The position numbers were made by a program, and so were the translations under genes. Below are positions 37,741-48,513 of a stretch of 64,000 nucleotides of DNA, one piece after another (position 1 is the first letter of the stretch; each line of letters starts with the position of its first letter). The stretch is from Acidimicrobium ferrooxidans (GTDB lineage: Bacteria; Actinomycetota; Geothermincolia; Fen-727; Anoxymicrobiaceae). The notes beneath the pieces were generated by a model. That model saw only the letters and a program-made list of their open reading frames with translations, ran no database searches and was not told where the DNA came from. The stretch spans positions 27,057 to 91,056 of the forward strand of contig DYIU01000004.1 of NCBI GenBank assembly GCA_020723485.1, in the 5' to 3' direction.

Positions 37741-39819
37741 TCAATCCCACGTGAGCTTCGAGAAATCCGCCACGCGGTTGAACAGCGCGTCCAGGCACGC
37801 CAGCAGTGAGAGCCTGTTGGCGCGGACCGCCGGGTCCTCGGCCATTATCAGCACTTCGTCGAAGAGCCGGTCCACCGGGGCGCACAGGGGCTCCAGCGCG
37901 CCGGCGGCGCCCCTGAAGTCGAGGACCGCCAGGGCCGCCTCGACCGCCTCCTCCGCATCGAGCATCGCCCGGTACACCTCCCGCTCGCTATCCTCGGCAA
38001 GGAGGCCCCCGTCGACGGTGCCCGTCTCCTGCCCGCGGGCGAGGTTGTGGCACCGCTCGAAGCCCGTATAGAGCCTCGCGAGCAGGCCCGAGTCTCGTGC
38101 CTCCACCAGGGCGTCGAGGCGCCTCCTGGCGGAGAGGGGCACATCCCAGTCCACTGCCAGCGCGGCGTCGACCAGGTCGTACCTGTAGCCGCTCTCGGTG
38201 AAATAGACCCTCTCACGGCCGGCGAAGAACTCTGAGAACGCCTCCTCGGACCCGGCGGTCCAGGAAAAGCCGTGGGCTTCCGCCTCCAGCTGGGCCGCGG
38301 CCTGTCGCACCATCCCGCTCACCGACAGGTCGAGCCCGCGGTCTATGAGGATGAGCACCATCCCGAGCGCCTGGCGCCGGAGGGCGTAAGGGTCCTCGGA
38401 GCCGGTCGGGACGTGCCCCAGGCCGAACGACGCGGCCAGGTTGTCCGCCTTTTCTGCGAGGGCGAGCAGGGCACCCTCGGTCGTTGCGGGCAGGGCGTCG
38501 CCCAGCCTGCGCGGCAGGTACAGCTCGCCTATGGCGGCAGCGACCCGCTCGTCCTCGCCCCCGAGGCGCGCGTAGATGGAGCCCACGATCCCTTGCAGGT
38601 CCGGGAACTCGATGACCATGTGCGTGACGAGGTCGCACTTGGAGAGCTCCGCGGCCCTCTTCGACCGCCGGACGAGGCCCTCGTCCTCCTCGACGGCCCC
38701 GGCGGAGCTCTCGACCAGGGCCGCGAGCCTCCTCGATTTCTCGGCCATGCTGCCGAGCTCCGACTGGTATACGACGTGCTCGAGGTCCGACACCCTGTCC
38801 GACAGCGGCCTCTTGAGGTCCTCGTCGAAGAAGAACTCCGCGTCGGCGAGCCTCGCCGCCAGCACGCGCTCATGGCCCCTGCGGATTATCTCCTCCTGCT
38901 CGGGGTCCCCGTTGTGGACGGCCAGGAAGCTCGGCCTCAGGTCCCCCTCCGAGTCCTCTACCGGGAAGTACCTCTGGTGGGACTGCATCGCGTGCGCGAG
39001 CACCTCGCGCGGAAGCCTCAGGTAGCGCTCGTCGAACGAGCCCAGCGCGACGCCTGGCCACTCCACGAGCTGCACTACCTCCTCCAGCACCTCGTCCTCC
39101 ATCACCGGGTGGTCGCCCGCTGGCCGGCATATCTCCTCCGCGCCGGTGACTATCCTGTCGAGCCTCGAGCGGTGGTCGACCATGACGCAGGACTCCATGA
39201 GAAGGCGCTCATACTCGTGCGGCGCCGGGACCTCGACCGGACCCTCGGAAAGGTACCGGTGCCCCCAGGTCACGTTCGATGACTTCAAGCCGGCGTACTC
39301 GAACTCGACGACCGCCCCGTCCAGAAGGGCCGCGAGCCAGCGGACCGGCCGGCTGAAGCGCTCCTCCCCGCTCCCCCAGCGCATTGATTTCTTGAACCTG
39401 AGAGACGTGACCAGCTCCGCCAGGAGCGCCGGCAGTACCTCGGAGGCCTGCCGCCCCGGCTCCTCCGATACCACGAAGACGTAGCTGCCTTTGTCGGTCT
39501 CCTTGACGACCAGCTCGCTCTCCGTGACGTTCTGCGACCGGGCGAACCCCAGCGCCGCCTTCGACCAGGTGCCGTCCTCGTTGCGAGCGGCGGACAGTGG
39601 CGGGCCTTTCCTGGTCACCGCCCTGGCCGCGCTTCTCTCATGGAGGCCGCGCACCGTCAGGGAGAGCCTCCGGGGGCTGGCGAGGACCCACGATTCCTCG
39701 AAAACCAGGTGTTCCCGGCCCATCAGCTCCCCGATGGCCCGCTCCATCTGCTCCACCGCGCCGTACACGGCGGAGGCCGGCAGCTCTTCTGTTCCTATCT
39801 CCAGCAGGAGGTCGGGCAA
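37741..39819 (-). CDS. glyS: glycine--tRNA ligase beta subunit
   Basis: [35 protein letters not shown] and [10 protein letters not shown]. Confidence 0.96.
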   Translation of the reverse strand: MPDLLLEIGTEELPASAVYGAVEQMERAIGELMGREHLVFEESWVLASPRRLSLTVRGLHERSAARAVTRKGPPLSAARNEDGTWSKAALGFARSQNVTESELVVKETDKGSYVFVVSEEPGRQASEVLPALLAELVTSLRFKKSMRWGSGEERFSRPVRWLAALLDGAVVEFEYAGLKSSNVTWGHRYLSEGPVEVPAPHEYERLLMESCVMVDHRSRLDRIVTGAEEICRPAGDHPVMEDEVLEEVVQLVEWPGVALGSFDERYLRLPREVLAHAMQSHQRYFPVEDSEGDLRPSFLAVHNGDPEQEEIIRRGHERVLAARLADAEFFFDEDLKRPLSDRVSDLEHVVYQSELGSMAEKSRRLAALVESSAGAVEEDEGLVRRSKRAAELSKCDLVTHMVIEFPDLQGIVGSIYARLGGEDERVAAAIGELYLPRRLGDALPATTEGALLALAEKADNLAASFGLGHVPTGSEDPYALRRQALGMVLILIDRGLDLSVSGMVRQAAAQLEAEAHGFSWTAGSEEAFSEFFAGRERVYFTESGYRYDLVDAALAVDWDVPLSARRRLDALVEARDSGLLARLYTGFERCHNLARGQETGTVDGGLLAEDSEREVYRAMLDAEEAVEAALAVLDFRGAAGALEPLCAPVDRLFDEVLIMAEDPAVRANRLSLLACLDALFNRVADFSKLTWD

Positions 39820-39834
39820 TTCACTCCTCCTGTC

Positions 39835-40710
<876 letters not shown>

Positions 40711-40741
40711 GACCAAACTCCGTAAACGCCCGCTGTTGGGA

Positions 40742-41806
40742 TCACTTGATTACTAAGCTCGCCATGATGGGATACAGGGCGAAGCCCAGCATTCCGGCGA
40801 GCAACGAGTATTCTAACCCCTTCTTCCAGAAAACGTAACCCAGCAGGATGACGGGTGCCGCCAGGGCCACCGCGTAGAGGACCTGGGTGCTCGTGGCTAT
40901 CTTCTCGCCGGCCGAGCGGGTGCTGCTGGAGACGTTGAGCAGGATGAACCCCCACGCCAGCAGGAACGCGGCGCCGAGGCCCGCCCAGTGCGGCTCCACC
41001 TTGACGCGGTCGCGGTAGCGCAGGAACAGCCATATGAACGCCGGGACGGCCACCATCACGAACAGGACTATGAAGAAGAGGGAGTCGTTCAGCGAGCCCA
41101 GCAGCTGCTGCCAGACGGGGTACTTTACCTCGGTGGTCTCCGTGGCCTTGAAGACGCTGTTTATCAGGTTCTCGCTTATCCTGGCGTTGAGGTACAGCGG
41201 CCCGAGCATGATGGCTGCGGCCGGCAGCGACCAGGTGAGGAAGGGCCGGAAGTCCGGCCAGCCCAGCCGGCCCCCCGATAACGCCGTGTCCAGCACCGGG
41301 GTGCCGAGGTCGGTTCGCCTGATTATGTTTATCCCCAGGAACGAGAAGATGGCCGCCTGCAGGGCGCCGAAGAGCACGCTCACCAGTATGACGTTGGTGG
41401 TGGGCTCCTGCGGCTTCTTGGGCCTGGTCTTCTCGTGTTTCTTCTGCTCTGCCTCCGTGGGGTACTTCTTCTCGAACGCGGCTACGTCTTTGTTGTATTG
41501 CTTGACCGCTGCATTGTACTGGGCGTCGGCCTCCGCGGCGGTGAGCGGGTAGCGGGCGAGCGCGGCGAGAAGTATGAGCGCGAAGAGCGCCCACATGACC
41601 TTTACCTCGAGCGTCCCCTTCCGGACGAGGTTCCACTGCTGCCTCTCCTCCGTCGCGGCCGGCGCCTTCTCTCCGGCCTTGGCGGCCGGCTTCTGCGCCG
41701 CGGCGGGCGCCTTCTTCCTGGTCGTTTCGGGGGTCACCGGCTTGCCCTTGGCGTACGTCGGCTTGCGCGCTCCGGCGGGCTTTTTCTTCTTTTTTTTCTT
41801 GGCCAC
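40742..41806 (-). CDS. multi-pass membrane protein, degenerate CPBP/Abi (CAAX protease-like) homologue
   Basis: Lys-rich N-tail and about 8 TM helices; LGTPVLD and [11 protein letters not shown] motifs but no EExxxR or His ligands. Confidence 0.65.
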   Translation of the reverse strand: MAKKKKKKKPAGARKPTYAKGKPVTPETTRKKAPAAAQKPAAKAGEKAPAATEERQQWNLVRKGTLEVKVMWALFALILLAALARYPLTAAEADAQYNAAVKQYNKDVAAFEKKYPTEAEQKKHEKTRPKKPQEPTTNVILVSVLFGALQAAIFSFLGINIIRRTDLGTPVLDTALSGGRLGWPDFRPFLTWSLPAAAIMLGPLYLNARISENLINSVFKATETTEVKYPVWQQLLGSLNDSLFFIVLFVMVAVPAFIWLFLRYRDRVKVEPHWAGLGAAFLLAWGFILLNVSSSTRSAGEKIATSTQVLYAVALAAPVILLGYVFWKKGLEYSLLAGMLGFALYPIMASLVIK

Positions 41807-41867
41807 TCTCTCACCGTCCCTCGGGTATCCCGCCTATTGTATAGTAGTTGGTGGATGGTTTAGAAAC

Positions 41868-41896
41868 GCAACAATGGGGTCAGGTCACATTGTTGC
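41868..41896. repeat. remnant of a GGGGTCAG-family element
   Basis: GCAACAATG-GGGTCAGGTCA-CATTGTTGC. Confidence 0.65.
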
Positions 41897-41920
41897 AGAA
41901 ATGCCCGAGGGGGGCCCGCA

Positions 41921-43159
41921 ATGTTTGATTTCATGATGACGGACGCTCAGAAGGAGCTCCAGGAAGAGATGCGCGACTTCGCGCGTTCCATAGACCGCCA
42001 GTACCTGCTCGACATGGACGCGGAGAAGATCCAGTACCCCAAGGAGATACTCGTAGGCGCCGCCGAGCGCGGCCTGCTGGGCCTGCGCTTCCCGAAGGAG
42101 TACGGCGGCAGGGGACTCGGGTGGGTCGAGGAGTGCATAGCCATCGAGGAGATGGCGACCCTCGGCATACCGCCCGCGTGCCTGTACTCGCTGGTCTCCA
42201 TCGTGGGCGAGTGCACGAACGAGTTCGGGACCGAGGAGCAGAAGCAGAAGTACCTCAAGCCCACCTGCGAGGGCAGGCTCTTCTGCTCCGAGGCCCTCAC
42301 CGAGCCGAGGGGAGGCTCGGATTTCTTCGGGGCCACCACAACCGCGAAGAAGGAGGGCGACCACTTCGTCCTCCACGGCCAGAAGAGGTTCATCGTCGGC
42401 GCCGAGGGCGCGGATTACTTCATGGCCTATGCCAAGACCGACCCGGACGCGGCTCCGCGGGACAGCATCTCCTGCTTCCTGGTGGACCGCGACGACGACG
42501 TCGAGGTCAAGCACGTCTACGGCCTCATGGGGGCCCGCGGAGGGGGGACCGGCCGTGTGCTCTTCCGCGACACGAAGGTGCCCGCGGAGAACCTTGTAGG
42601 CGGCGAGAACGAGGGGGGCAGGATATTCTACCGGATGATGGTCCCCGAGCGCCTCACGTCCGCCGCGGGAGCGCTTGGAGGCGCACGCGCCTCACTCGAG
42701 GTCGCGATGCGCTACACGACCAGGCGGAAGGCGTTCGGCGTCCCCATCAAGAACTTCCAGGCCGTCTCATTCAAGGTGTCGGAATCCATCACGCAGCTCG
42801 ACGCGGCCCGGGCGCTGGTTTACGCGACCGCGAGCGCCATCGACAGCGGGAAGGTCCCGGCGGGCCGCCTGCGGCGCATGGTGTCCGAGTCAAAGAAGTT
42901 CGCCACCGAGGCGTCGTGGAGCGTCATCAACCACTGCATGCAGGCGATGGGAGGCATAGCCTACACCAACGTCTATCCCATAGAGCGCGCGCTGCGGGAC
43001 TGCAGGCTCATCATGATCTGGACCGGCACCAACGAGATAATGAACCTCATCATCCAGCACGAGCTCTACAAGGAGATGGCCGACGGCAGGGCCGCCGGCC
43101 GCGACACGGAGTTCGACGCCGCCGAGGCATACAACGACGACGAGAAGATTTACGAATAG
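41921..43159 (+). CDS. acyl-CoA dehydrogenase
   Basis: [40 protein letters not shown] and MGGIAY. Confidence 0.93.
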   Translation: MFDFMMTDAQKELQEEMRDFARSIDRQYLLDMDAEKIQYPKEILVGAAERGLLGLRFPKEYGGRGLGWVEECIAIEEMATLGIPPACLYSLVSIVGECTNEFGTEEQKQKYLKPTCEGRLFCSEALTEPRGGSDFFGATTTAKKEGDHFVLHGQKRFIVGAEGADYFMAYAKTDPDAAPRDSISCFLVDRDDDVEVKHVYGLMGARGGGTGRVLFRDTKVPAENLVGGENEGGRIFYRMMVPERLTSAAGALGGARASLEVAMRYTTRRKAFGVPIKNFQAVSFKVSESITQLDAARALVYATASAIDSGKVPAGRLRRMVSESKKFATEASWSVINHCMQAMGGIAYTNVYPIERALRDCRLIMIWTGTNEIMNLIIQHELYKEMADGRAAGRDTEFDAAEAYNDDEKIYE

Positions 43160-43266
43160 GGTCAGACCACTTTCGTTGCACTGGCCACAACGGTTAACTC
43201 AAACAACATCCGCCGGTGGCGGATGTTGTAGATGTTGTTTATGCAACGAAAGTGGTCTGACCCTAT
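43156..43266. repeat. ~110-bp palindromic MITE/REP-like element, copy 1
   Basis: Perfect 25-bp arms ATAGGGTCAGACCACTTTCGTTGCA; inner hairpin CAACATCCGCC/GGCGGATGTTG. Confidence 0.92.
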
Positions 43267-44066
43267 CCCTCCGGCCAAGGCTGGGTGTTAGCGGGGGGCT
43301 GCAGGTTGAGCTTCTCGTTGAACTTGCTGAGCGTGGTGACCTGGTCGAGCTTGACCCGGTCGCCGGCCTGCGCGTACCCGAGCTTGATGAGGTCTTCGGT
43401 AGCCCTCACGTCGATAGACGCCTTTGACTGCTTCATGTAGTAGTCCTTCTTCCTGATGTAGAAGTCAAAGACCGCCTTGGCGTCGGCCAGCTCGTCGACC
43501 GAACGTATCTGCTGCCCGGTGCCCGGATCCTTCAGGAGGTCGGTTATGCCGGGGAGCTTCACGAGCTCTTTCATGTCGGGCTCGCCGCGGAGGTGGTAAC
43601 AGGCCTCGCCGTCGACGTCCGCGTCGCCCTCTTTCGCGAGCGTCTTGAAGTACTTCAGGTACTGGGACATGGACAAGCTCTGCGTCACGGGGGTGGGCAG
43701 CTGGAACGACTCGGGCATCTCGTACCAGTTACCGCCCAGCTGGATGTAGAGCTTCTCTTCGACCTGCATTGCGGTCACCGGCACGCCCGGCGCAAGCTCG
43801 AGCTCGACCCTCAGGTCGCCGCTCTGCTGGTCGACGTCTCCTGAAGAACTGCTGGTGTAATTCTGCTTCTCTACTTTTCCGTCCTTGAGCGGCGCCCGCG
43901 GAAGCTGCTGCTCGGAGGTGATCTGGAAGTGCAGGGTCTTGATCTTCTCCGAGGCCTTTATGCTGTTCTTCGCGATCTCCTCGGCGCCGGGGCCGCAGCC
44001 CACGATGCTCAGCGACAGCGGTACCAGCAGCGCCGCCAGCACCAGCAGCACAAGCAGCTTCTTCAA
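43263..44066 (-). CDS. lipoprotein (LppX/LprAFG-like fold suspected)
   Basis: Signal peptide with IVGC lipobox; beta-rich body; VDGEACYH and ..SKFNEKL.LQPP end. Confidence 0.7.
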   Translation of the reverse strand: MKKLLVLLVLAALLVPLSLSIVGCGPGAEEIAKNSIKASEKIKTLHFQITSEQQLPRAPLKDGKVEKQNYTSSSSGDVDQQSGDLRVELELAPGVPVTAMQVEEKLYIQLGGNWYEMPESFQLPTPVTQSLSMSQYLKYFKTLAKEGDADVDGEACYHLRGEPDMKELVKLPGITDLLKDPGTGQQIRSVDELADAKAVFDFYIRKKDYYMKQSKASIDVRATEDLIKLGYAQAGDRVKLDQVTTLSKFNEKLNLQPPANTQPWPEG

Positions 44067-44265
44067 ATCGCTCTCCTCTCAAGATGTGTATCGACCGCGC
44101 ACATGCGGTCGAACGGCGCGGAATCACCGACTATTATAACGGGTACCGAACCCACCAGATACCCCGCCGCCGCAGGTCTGCGCGGCACCGTTGTAGTAGA
44201 ATACTGCGGGCAGCCGGTCAAACAGCACTGCTCCTTAGACGGTCTGACAGCCGAGCAGGTTCGAA

Positions 44266-46164
44266 ATGGACGGGTACGCCGGAAAGTTCCTGAATCTCAA
44301 TCTCAGCGATGGCAGCGGCAAGGATTTCGTTGTCCCCGAAGAGGTCACCCAGAGGTACCTCGGAGGGAAAGGCATCGGGACCTGGCTGCTGTATAACGGC
44401 CTGGAGCCGCACGCTGACCCCCTGTCCCCGGAGAACGTCCTGGTGATAGCCACGGGGCCCCTCACTGGCGTGGGACTGCCCGCCGTCAATCACGCCGTGG
44501 TCTGCACCAAGTCGCCGCTGACCGGCACTATCACCTGCGCGTCTCTCGGGGGAGACTTCGCCACCCGGCTCAAGTCGTGCGGATACGACGGGTTGATACT
44601 CCGCGGCAGGTCCCCGCGCCCGGTAATAGTGGACGTCACCGAGGGGCGCTGGAAGATACGCGAAGCGGGCAAGCTCTGGGGGCACAACGTCGTCCGCACC
44701 CAGGAGGTCCTCGAGAGCCGCGTCGCGAGCATCCTGTGCATAGGCCCCGCCGGGGAGAACATGGTGCGCTACGCGACCATCGTCTCCGGGGAGCACACGG
44801 CCCAGAGGGGCGGAACTGGCGCGGTGATGGGCTCCAAGCGCCTCAAGGCGCTGAGGGTGGGCGGCGGCTTCGAGACGTCGGTCTTCGACCGGGACAGGCT
44901 CGCCCGCCCGGCGGAGTCGCTGCGCTCCAGGCTCAAAGCCGGTGATTCGTACCCCAGGTATGGGACAGCCGGGAACGTGTCCCTCTCCCAGGAGAAGGGC
45001 GTACTGCCGACCCGCAACTTCACCTTCGGGACCTTCGACCGGCACGTGAAGATAAGCGGCGAAGCGCTACGCTCCCAGATACGCCGCAAGGGGCGGGACT
45101 GCCCGGGGTGCCCGGTCGACTGCACCACCGAGGTCAAGCTCGCCACGAAGACCGGCACGGTCCGCGTCAAGGGCCCGGGCTACCAGCCGCTGGTCATGCT
45201 GGGAAGCAACCTGATGATAGACGACCTGGAGCAGGTGATACGCAACAACTACCTGTGCTATCTGCTCGGGCTGGACCCGGTGAGCACGGGCGGGACCATA
45301 GCGCTCGCCATGGAGCTCTCGGAGAAAGGCAGGATGCACCTGCCCCTGCGGTTCGGCAGCGTGCGCGAGGTGGGCCCTCTCATCCCGCTCATCGCCGAGC
45401 GGAAAGGCCCCGGGAAAGAGCTCGCCGACGGCGCCGCGCGGCTGGTGGAGGTCTACGGTTACAGCGAGCTCTCGATGGCAGTCAAGGGCATGGAGCTGCC
45501 CGGGTACGACCCGAGGGGATGCTGGGGCCAGGGGTTGGCGTACGCCACCTGCCCGGAGGGCGGCAGCCACATAAGCTCGATGATGGCCTCCCCGGAAGTG
45601 CAGGGGAGACCCGCAGCGCTCGCGGGCGCCCGCGCTGCCGGCAAGGTCCAGCTCACCATCTTCGCGCAGAACATGTTCTGCGCGCTCGACTCCCTGGTGA
45701 CCTGCAACCGCGCGACCTACTGCACGCTGGTCGTACCGGCCTGGGTGAAGGGCTTGCCGGGCTGGATGAGAGGCTTCTTCGCGGGCAGGATGCCGGGCTT
45801 CGCGGCGTCGATGCTCGACCTGCGGGACTACTGCCAGGCCCTTTCATTCATCACCGGCGTGAAGTACAGCAGGCATACACTGCTCAGGGTAGGCGAGCGC
45901 GCCTTCAATCTCGAGAGGCTCTTCAACCTCCGCGAAGGCTTCACGAGCAAGGACGACATGCTTCCCCTGCGTTTCGTGGGCGAGCCGCTGAGAGAGGGGC
46001 CGTCGGCCGGCAAGGTGAGCCCGCTCACGAAGATGCTGCTCAAGTACTACCGGTTGAGGGGCTGGAACGACGTGGGCATCCCGACCGAGCAGTTCCTCAA
46101 ACGTCTCTCCATCGACGAACGCCTGGGGTCAGACCACTTTCGTTCCATTGGCCACAGTGGTTAA
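44266..46164 (+). CDS. aldehyde:ferredoxin oxidoreductase family protein with atypical active site
   Basis: KSPLTG, IGPAGEN, GAVMGSKRL, LPTRNF, CxxCPxxC, VKGMELPGYDPRG and YY.LRGW. Confidence 0.9.
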   Translation: MDGYAGKFLNLNLSDGSGKDFVVPEEVTQRYLGGKGIGTWLLYNGLEPHADPLSPENVLVIATGPLTGVGLPAVNHAVVCTKSPLTGTITCASLGGDFATRLKSCGYDGLILRGRSPRPVIVDVTEGRWKIREAGKLWGHNVVRTQEVLESRVASILCIGPAGENMVRYATIVSGEHTAQRGGTGAVMGSKRLKALRVGGGFETSVFDRDRLARPAESLRSRLKAGDSYPRYGTAGNVSLSQEKGVLPTRNFTFGTFDRHVKISGEALRSQIRRKGRDCPGCPVDCTTEVKLATKTGTVRVKGPGYQPLVMLGSNLMIDDLEQVIRNNYLCYLLGLDPVSTGGTIALAMELSEKGRMHLPLRFGSVREVGPLIPLIAERKGPGKELADGAARLVEVYGYSELSMAVKGMELPGYDPRGCWGQGLAYATCPEGGSHISSMMASPEVQGRPAALAGARAAGKVQLTIFAQNMFCALDSLVTCNRATYCTLVVPAWVKGLPGWMRGFFAGRMPGFAASMLDLRDYCQALSFITGVKYSRHTLLRVGERAFNLERLFNLREGFTSKDDMLPLRFVGEPLREGPSAGKVSPLTKMLLKYYRLRGWNDVGIPTEQFLKRLSIDERLGSDHFRSIGHSG

Positions 46165-46229
46165 CACAAACAACATCCGCCGTGGCGGATGTTGAAGATG
46201 TTGCTAATGGAACGAAAGTGGTCTGACCC
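46126..46229. repeat. ~105-bp palindromic MITE/REP-like element, copy 2
   Basis: Perfect 24-bp arms GGGTCAGACCACTTTCGTTCCATT; same inner hairpin as the 43156 copy. Confidence 0.92.
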
Positions 46230-46945
46230 TATATCAGCGCGCCGAACTTACGCGTGCGGCGGTTGTACTCCTCGATGGCCTGCATCAGGTGCTCCCTGCG
46301 GAACTCGGGCCACAGTATCGGTATGAACACCAGCTCGGTGTATGCGAGCTCCCACAGCAGGTAATTGCTCACCCTAACGTCACCCGCGGTGCGTATGAAC
46401 AGGTCGTAGTCGGGGACATCCGGCGCGTAAAGGTGAGCCGCGACGGTATCCTCGTCGATGTCCGCCGGGTCGAGCTCGCCCGCGGCGACCTCGGCGGCGA
46501 TCCTCTTCGCGGCGTCGACCAGCTCCGCGCGGCCTCCGTAGTTGTAGGCCACGTTAAGCTTCATGCCGGTGTTCCCGCCGGTGAGCTCCATCGTCTCGAC
46601 CATCTTGTCCCACAGGAAAGCGGGAAGGCCCTCGCTCCGGCCGATGAACCGTATCATCACGTTCCTCTCGTGGAACTCGTCCACGCGGAGGTCGAGCAGC
46701 TCCTTGTTGAACCTCATGAGGAAGTCGACCTCTTCCTTCGGCCGCTTCCAGTTCTCTGTGGAGAACGCGTACAGCGCCAGGGCCTCCAGCCCGAGGTCGA
46801 TCCCGGCCCTCACCGTGTCGGTTATGGCCTTCTCGCCCTCCCGGTGACCGTCGATGCGGTTCATGCCACGGGTGGTCGCCCACCGCCCGTTGCCGTCCAT
46901 GATGATTGCTATCCTGCCCGGTATCTCCAGCTCCTGCTCCGGCAT
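46229..46945 (-). CDS. uppS: undecaprenyl/polyprenyl diphosphate synthase
   Basis: IIMDGNGRWA, YAFSTENWKRP, NYGGR and IRTAG..R.SNYLLW. Confidence 0.95.
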   Translation of the reverse strand: MPEQELEIPGRIAIIMDGNGRWATTRGMNRIDGHREGEKAITDTVRAGIDLGLEALALYAFSTENWKRPKEEVDFLMRFNKELLDLRVDEFHERNVMIRFIGRSEGLPAFLWDKMVETMELTGGNTGMKLNVAYNYGGRAELVDAAKRIAAEVAAGELDPADIDEDTVAAHLYAPDVPDYDLFIRTAGDVRVSNYLLWELAYTELVFIPILWPEFRREHLMQAIEEYNRRTRKFGALI

Positions 46946-46949
46946 CTTC

Positions 46950-47783
46950 TCATCTCCCCCGGCTGTCTTCGTCCGTCCCTCCCGGCATCGACCTCATGAC
47001 CCTGTGCGTACGGAACTCCCTCTCCATCCAGTGTTCGAGGACCCTGTCCATCAATAGTCCCGCCTCCCGCGCGGCCGCCCCGGGCGGCCCGTCGGGCCAG
47101 TCGCCGAGCTCGTGCGTGGACATCCATGATAGCACCCCGGTGGCCCCCGCGGAGACCCTGACGAGTTTACCTGCGTCCGCGGCCCGCCAGGCCCTGCACG
47201 ACCCGCAGATATTTCCGCCCAGGTGAAGTGAGAACCAGGTCTCGCCCTCCTCCAGCTCACCCCCGCACGCCGCGCACCCGGCTACCATCAGGCCGAACCC
47301 CGAAGCGGACATCACCTTGAACTCGAAAAGCGCCCTGGTTAAGGCCGCGCGGGCCGGAAACTCGACCAGGAGCTCCAGTGCGCCGAGGAGCAGGTCGAAC
47401 AGCTCCGGGTGGGGCTCGTCCTCGGCGGTAATGCTGTCCGCGAGCTCGCACATGGCCTGCGCGCACATGAACAGATCGAGGTCCTCACGCACCTCCTTGA
47501 AGGACGTGCGTATCTCCACCTGCTTTATCGTGTCCATGTTCCTGCCGCGGTGCATGAAGAGCCTGGCGCAGGTGAGCGGCTCGAGCCTCGCCCCGAACCG
47601 GCTCGAGGTCTTCCGAACCCCCTTTGCGACCGCCGAGCGCTTCCCGTGCTCGCGGGTCAGGATGCGCAGTATCTTGTCCGATTCACCCAGCTTATGCGAG
47701 CGAAGTACTATCCCGACGTCGCTGTACTCCCGGGCGCCGCGTTCCCTGGGGCCGCCCCGACGGCCGGTGTCCTCACCGGCCAC
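46950..47783 (-). CDS. recO: DNA repair protein RecO
   Basis: GIVLR...LGESDKI, AKGVRK.SSRFG..LEP and CxxC...CxxC. Confidence 0.93.
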   Translation of the reverse strand: MAGEDTGRRGGPRERGAREYSDVGIVLRSHKLGESDKILRILTREHGKRSAVAKGVRKTSSRFGARLEPLTCARLFMHRGRNMDTIKQVEIRTSFKEVREDLDLFMCAQAMCELADSITAEDEPHPELFDLLLGALELLVEFPARAALTRALFEFKVMSASGFGLMVAGCAACGGELEEGETWFSLHLGGNICGSCRAWRAADAGKLVRVSAGATGVLSWMSTHELGDWPDGPPGAAAREAGLLMDRVLEHWMEREFRTHRVMRSMPGGTDEDSRGR

Positions 47784-48498
47784 CGGTGAAGTCCTCGACT
47801 ATCGCCGGGCCGGTGCTGGTTCCAATGCGGTTCGCCCCCGCCGCGAACATGGCCCTAGCGTCCGCCCAGGACCTTATGCCGCCCGCCGCCTTCACGCCGA
47901 GCGAATCGCCCACCGCCCGGCGCATCAGGGCGACGTCCTCCGCGGTGGCTCCGCCGGGCCCCAGCCCCGTGGCGGTCTTCACGAAATCCATGCCGGCGTC
48001 CGCGGCCGCGGCGCAGGCCCTTATCTTCTGCCCGTCATCGAGGTAGGGGGTCTCGAGGATAAGCTTCATGACCACGGGCCCCCCGAGCGTCACCTTCTCC
48101 CAGTCCCGCACCGCGGAGACCACGACGGCGAGGTCTTCGGAGACGAGCTCCCACTCGCCCGAGCGCGCGGCGGATACGTTCATGACCACGTCGAGCTCCC
48201 GGGCGCCGTCCTCCAGCGCCGTGAGGGCCTCCGCGGCCTTGGCCTCCGGGGCCGAGTAGCCGAACGGGAACGACACGGGCGTACCCACGCCGACGGAGGC
48301 AGCCGAGAGCATTCCCGCCGCGAGGGGCACGTAGCAGGGCGGGACGAAGACGTTCGCGAAGCCCCAGTCCCGGGCCTCGGCTATGAAACGGGTATACGCC
48401 TCCATGGGCTCCTCGGGCTTGAGGAGCGTGTAATCTATCGTCCTGAGCAGGCTTTCCCTGTCGAGTGATTCCGGGTCTACCGCCTGATACTTGCTCAC
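47773..48498 (-). CDS. deoC: deoxyribose-phosphate aldolase
   Basis: IDYTLLKP, FPFG, GA.ELD.V, KLILET, FVKTATG and VKAAGGIR. Confidence 0.93.
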   Translation of the reverse strand: MSKYQAVDPESLDRESLLRTIDYTLLKPEEPMEAYTRFIAEARDWGFANVFVPPCYVPLAAGMLSAASVGVGTPVSFPFGYSAPEAKAAEALTALEDGARELDVVMNVSAARSGEWELVSEDLAVVVSAVRDWEKVTLGGPVVMKLILETPYLDDGQKIRACAAAADAGMDFVKTATGLGPGGATAEDVALMRRAVGDSLGVKAAGGIRSWADARAMFAAGANRIGTSTGPAIVEDFTGGR

Positions 48499-48513
48499 GC
48501 CGGGCCTTTCGTT

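Noticed and set aside
40711..41920. T-box riboswitch upstream of glyQS
   Set aside because: No T-box consensus or antiterminator/terminator is visible, and the space is occupied by a CDS.
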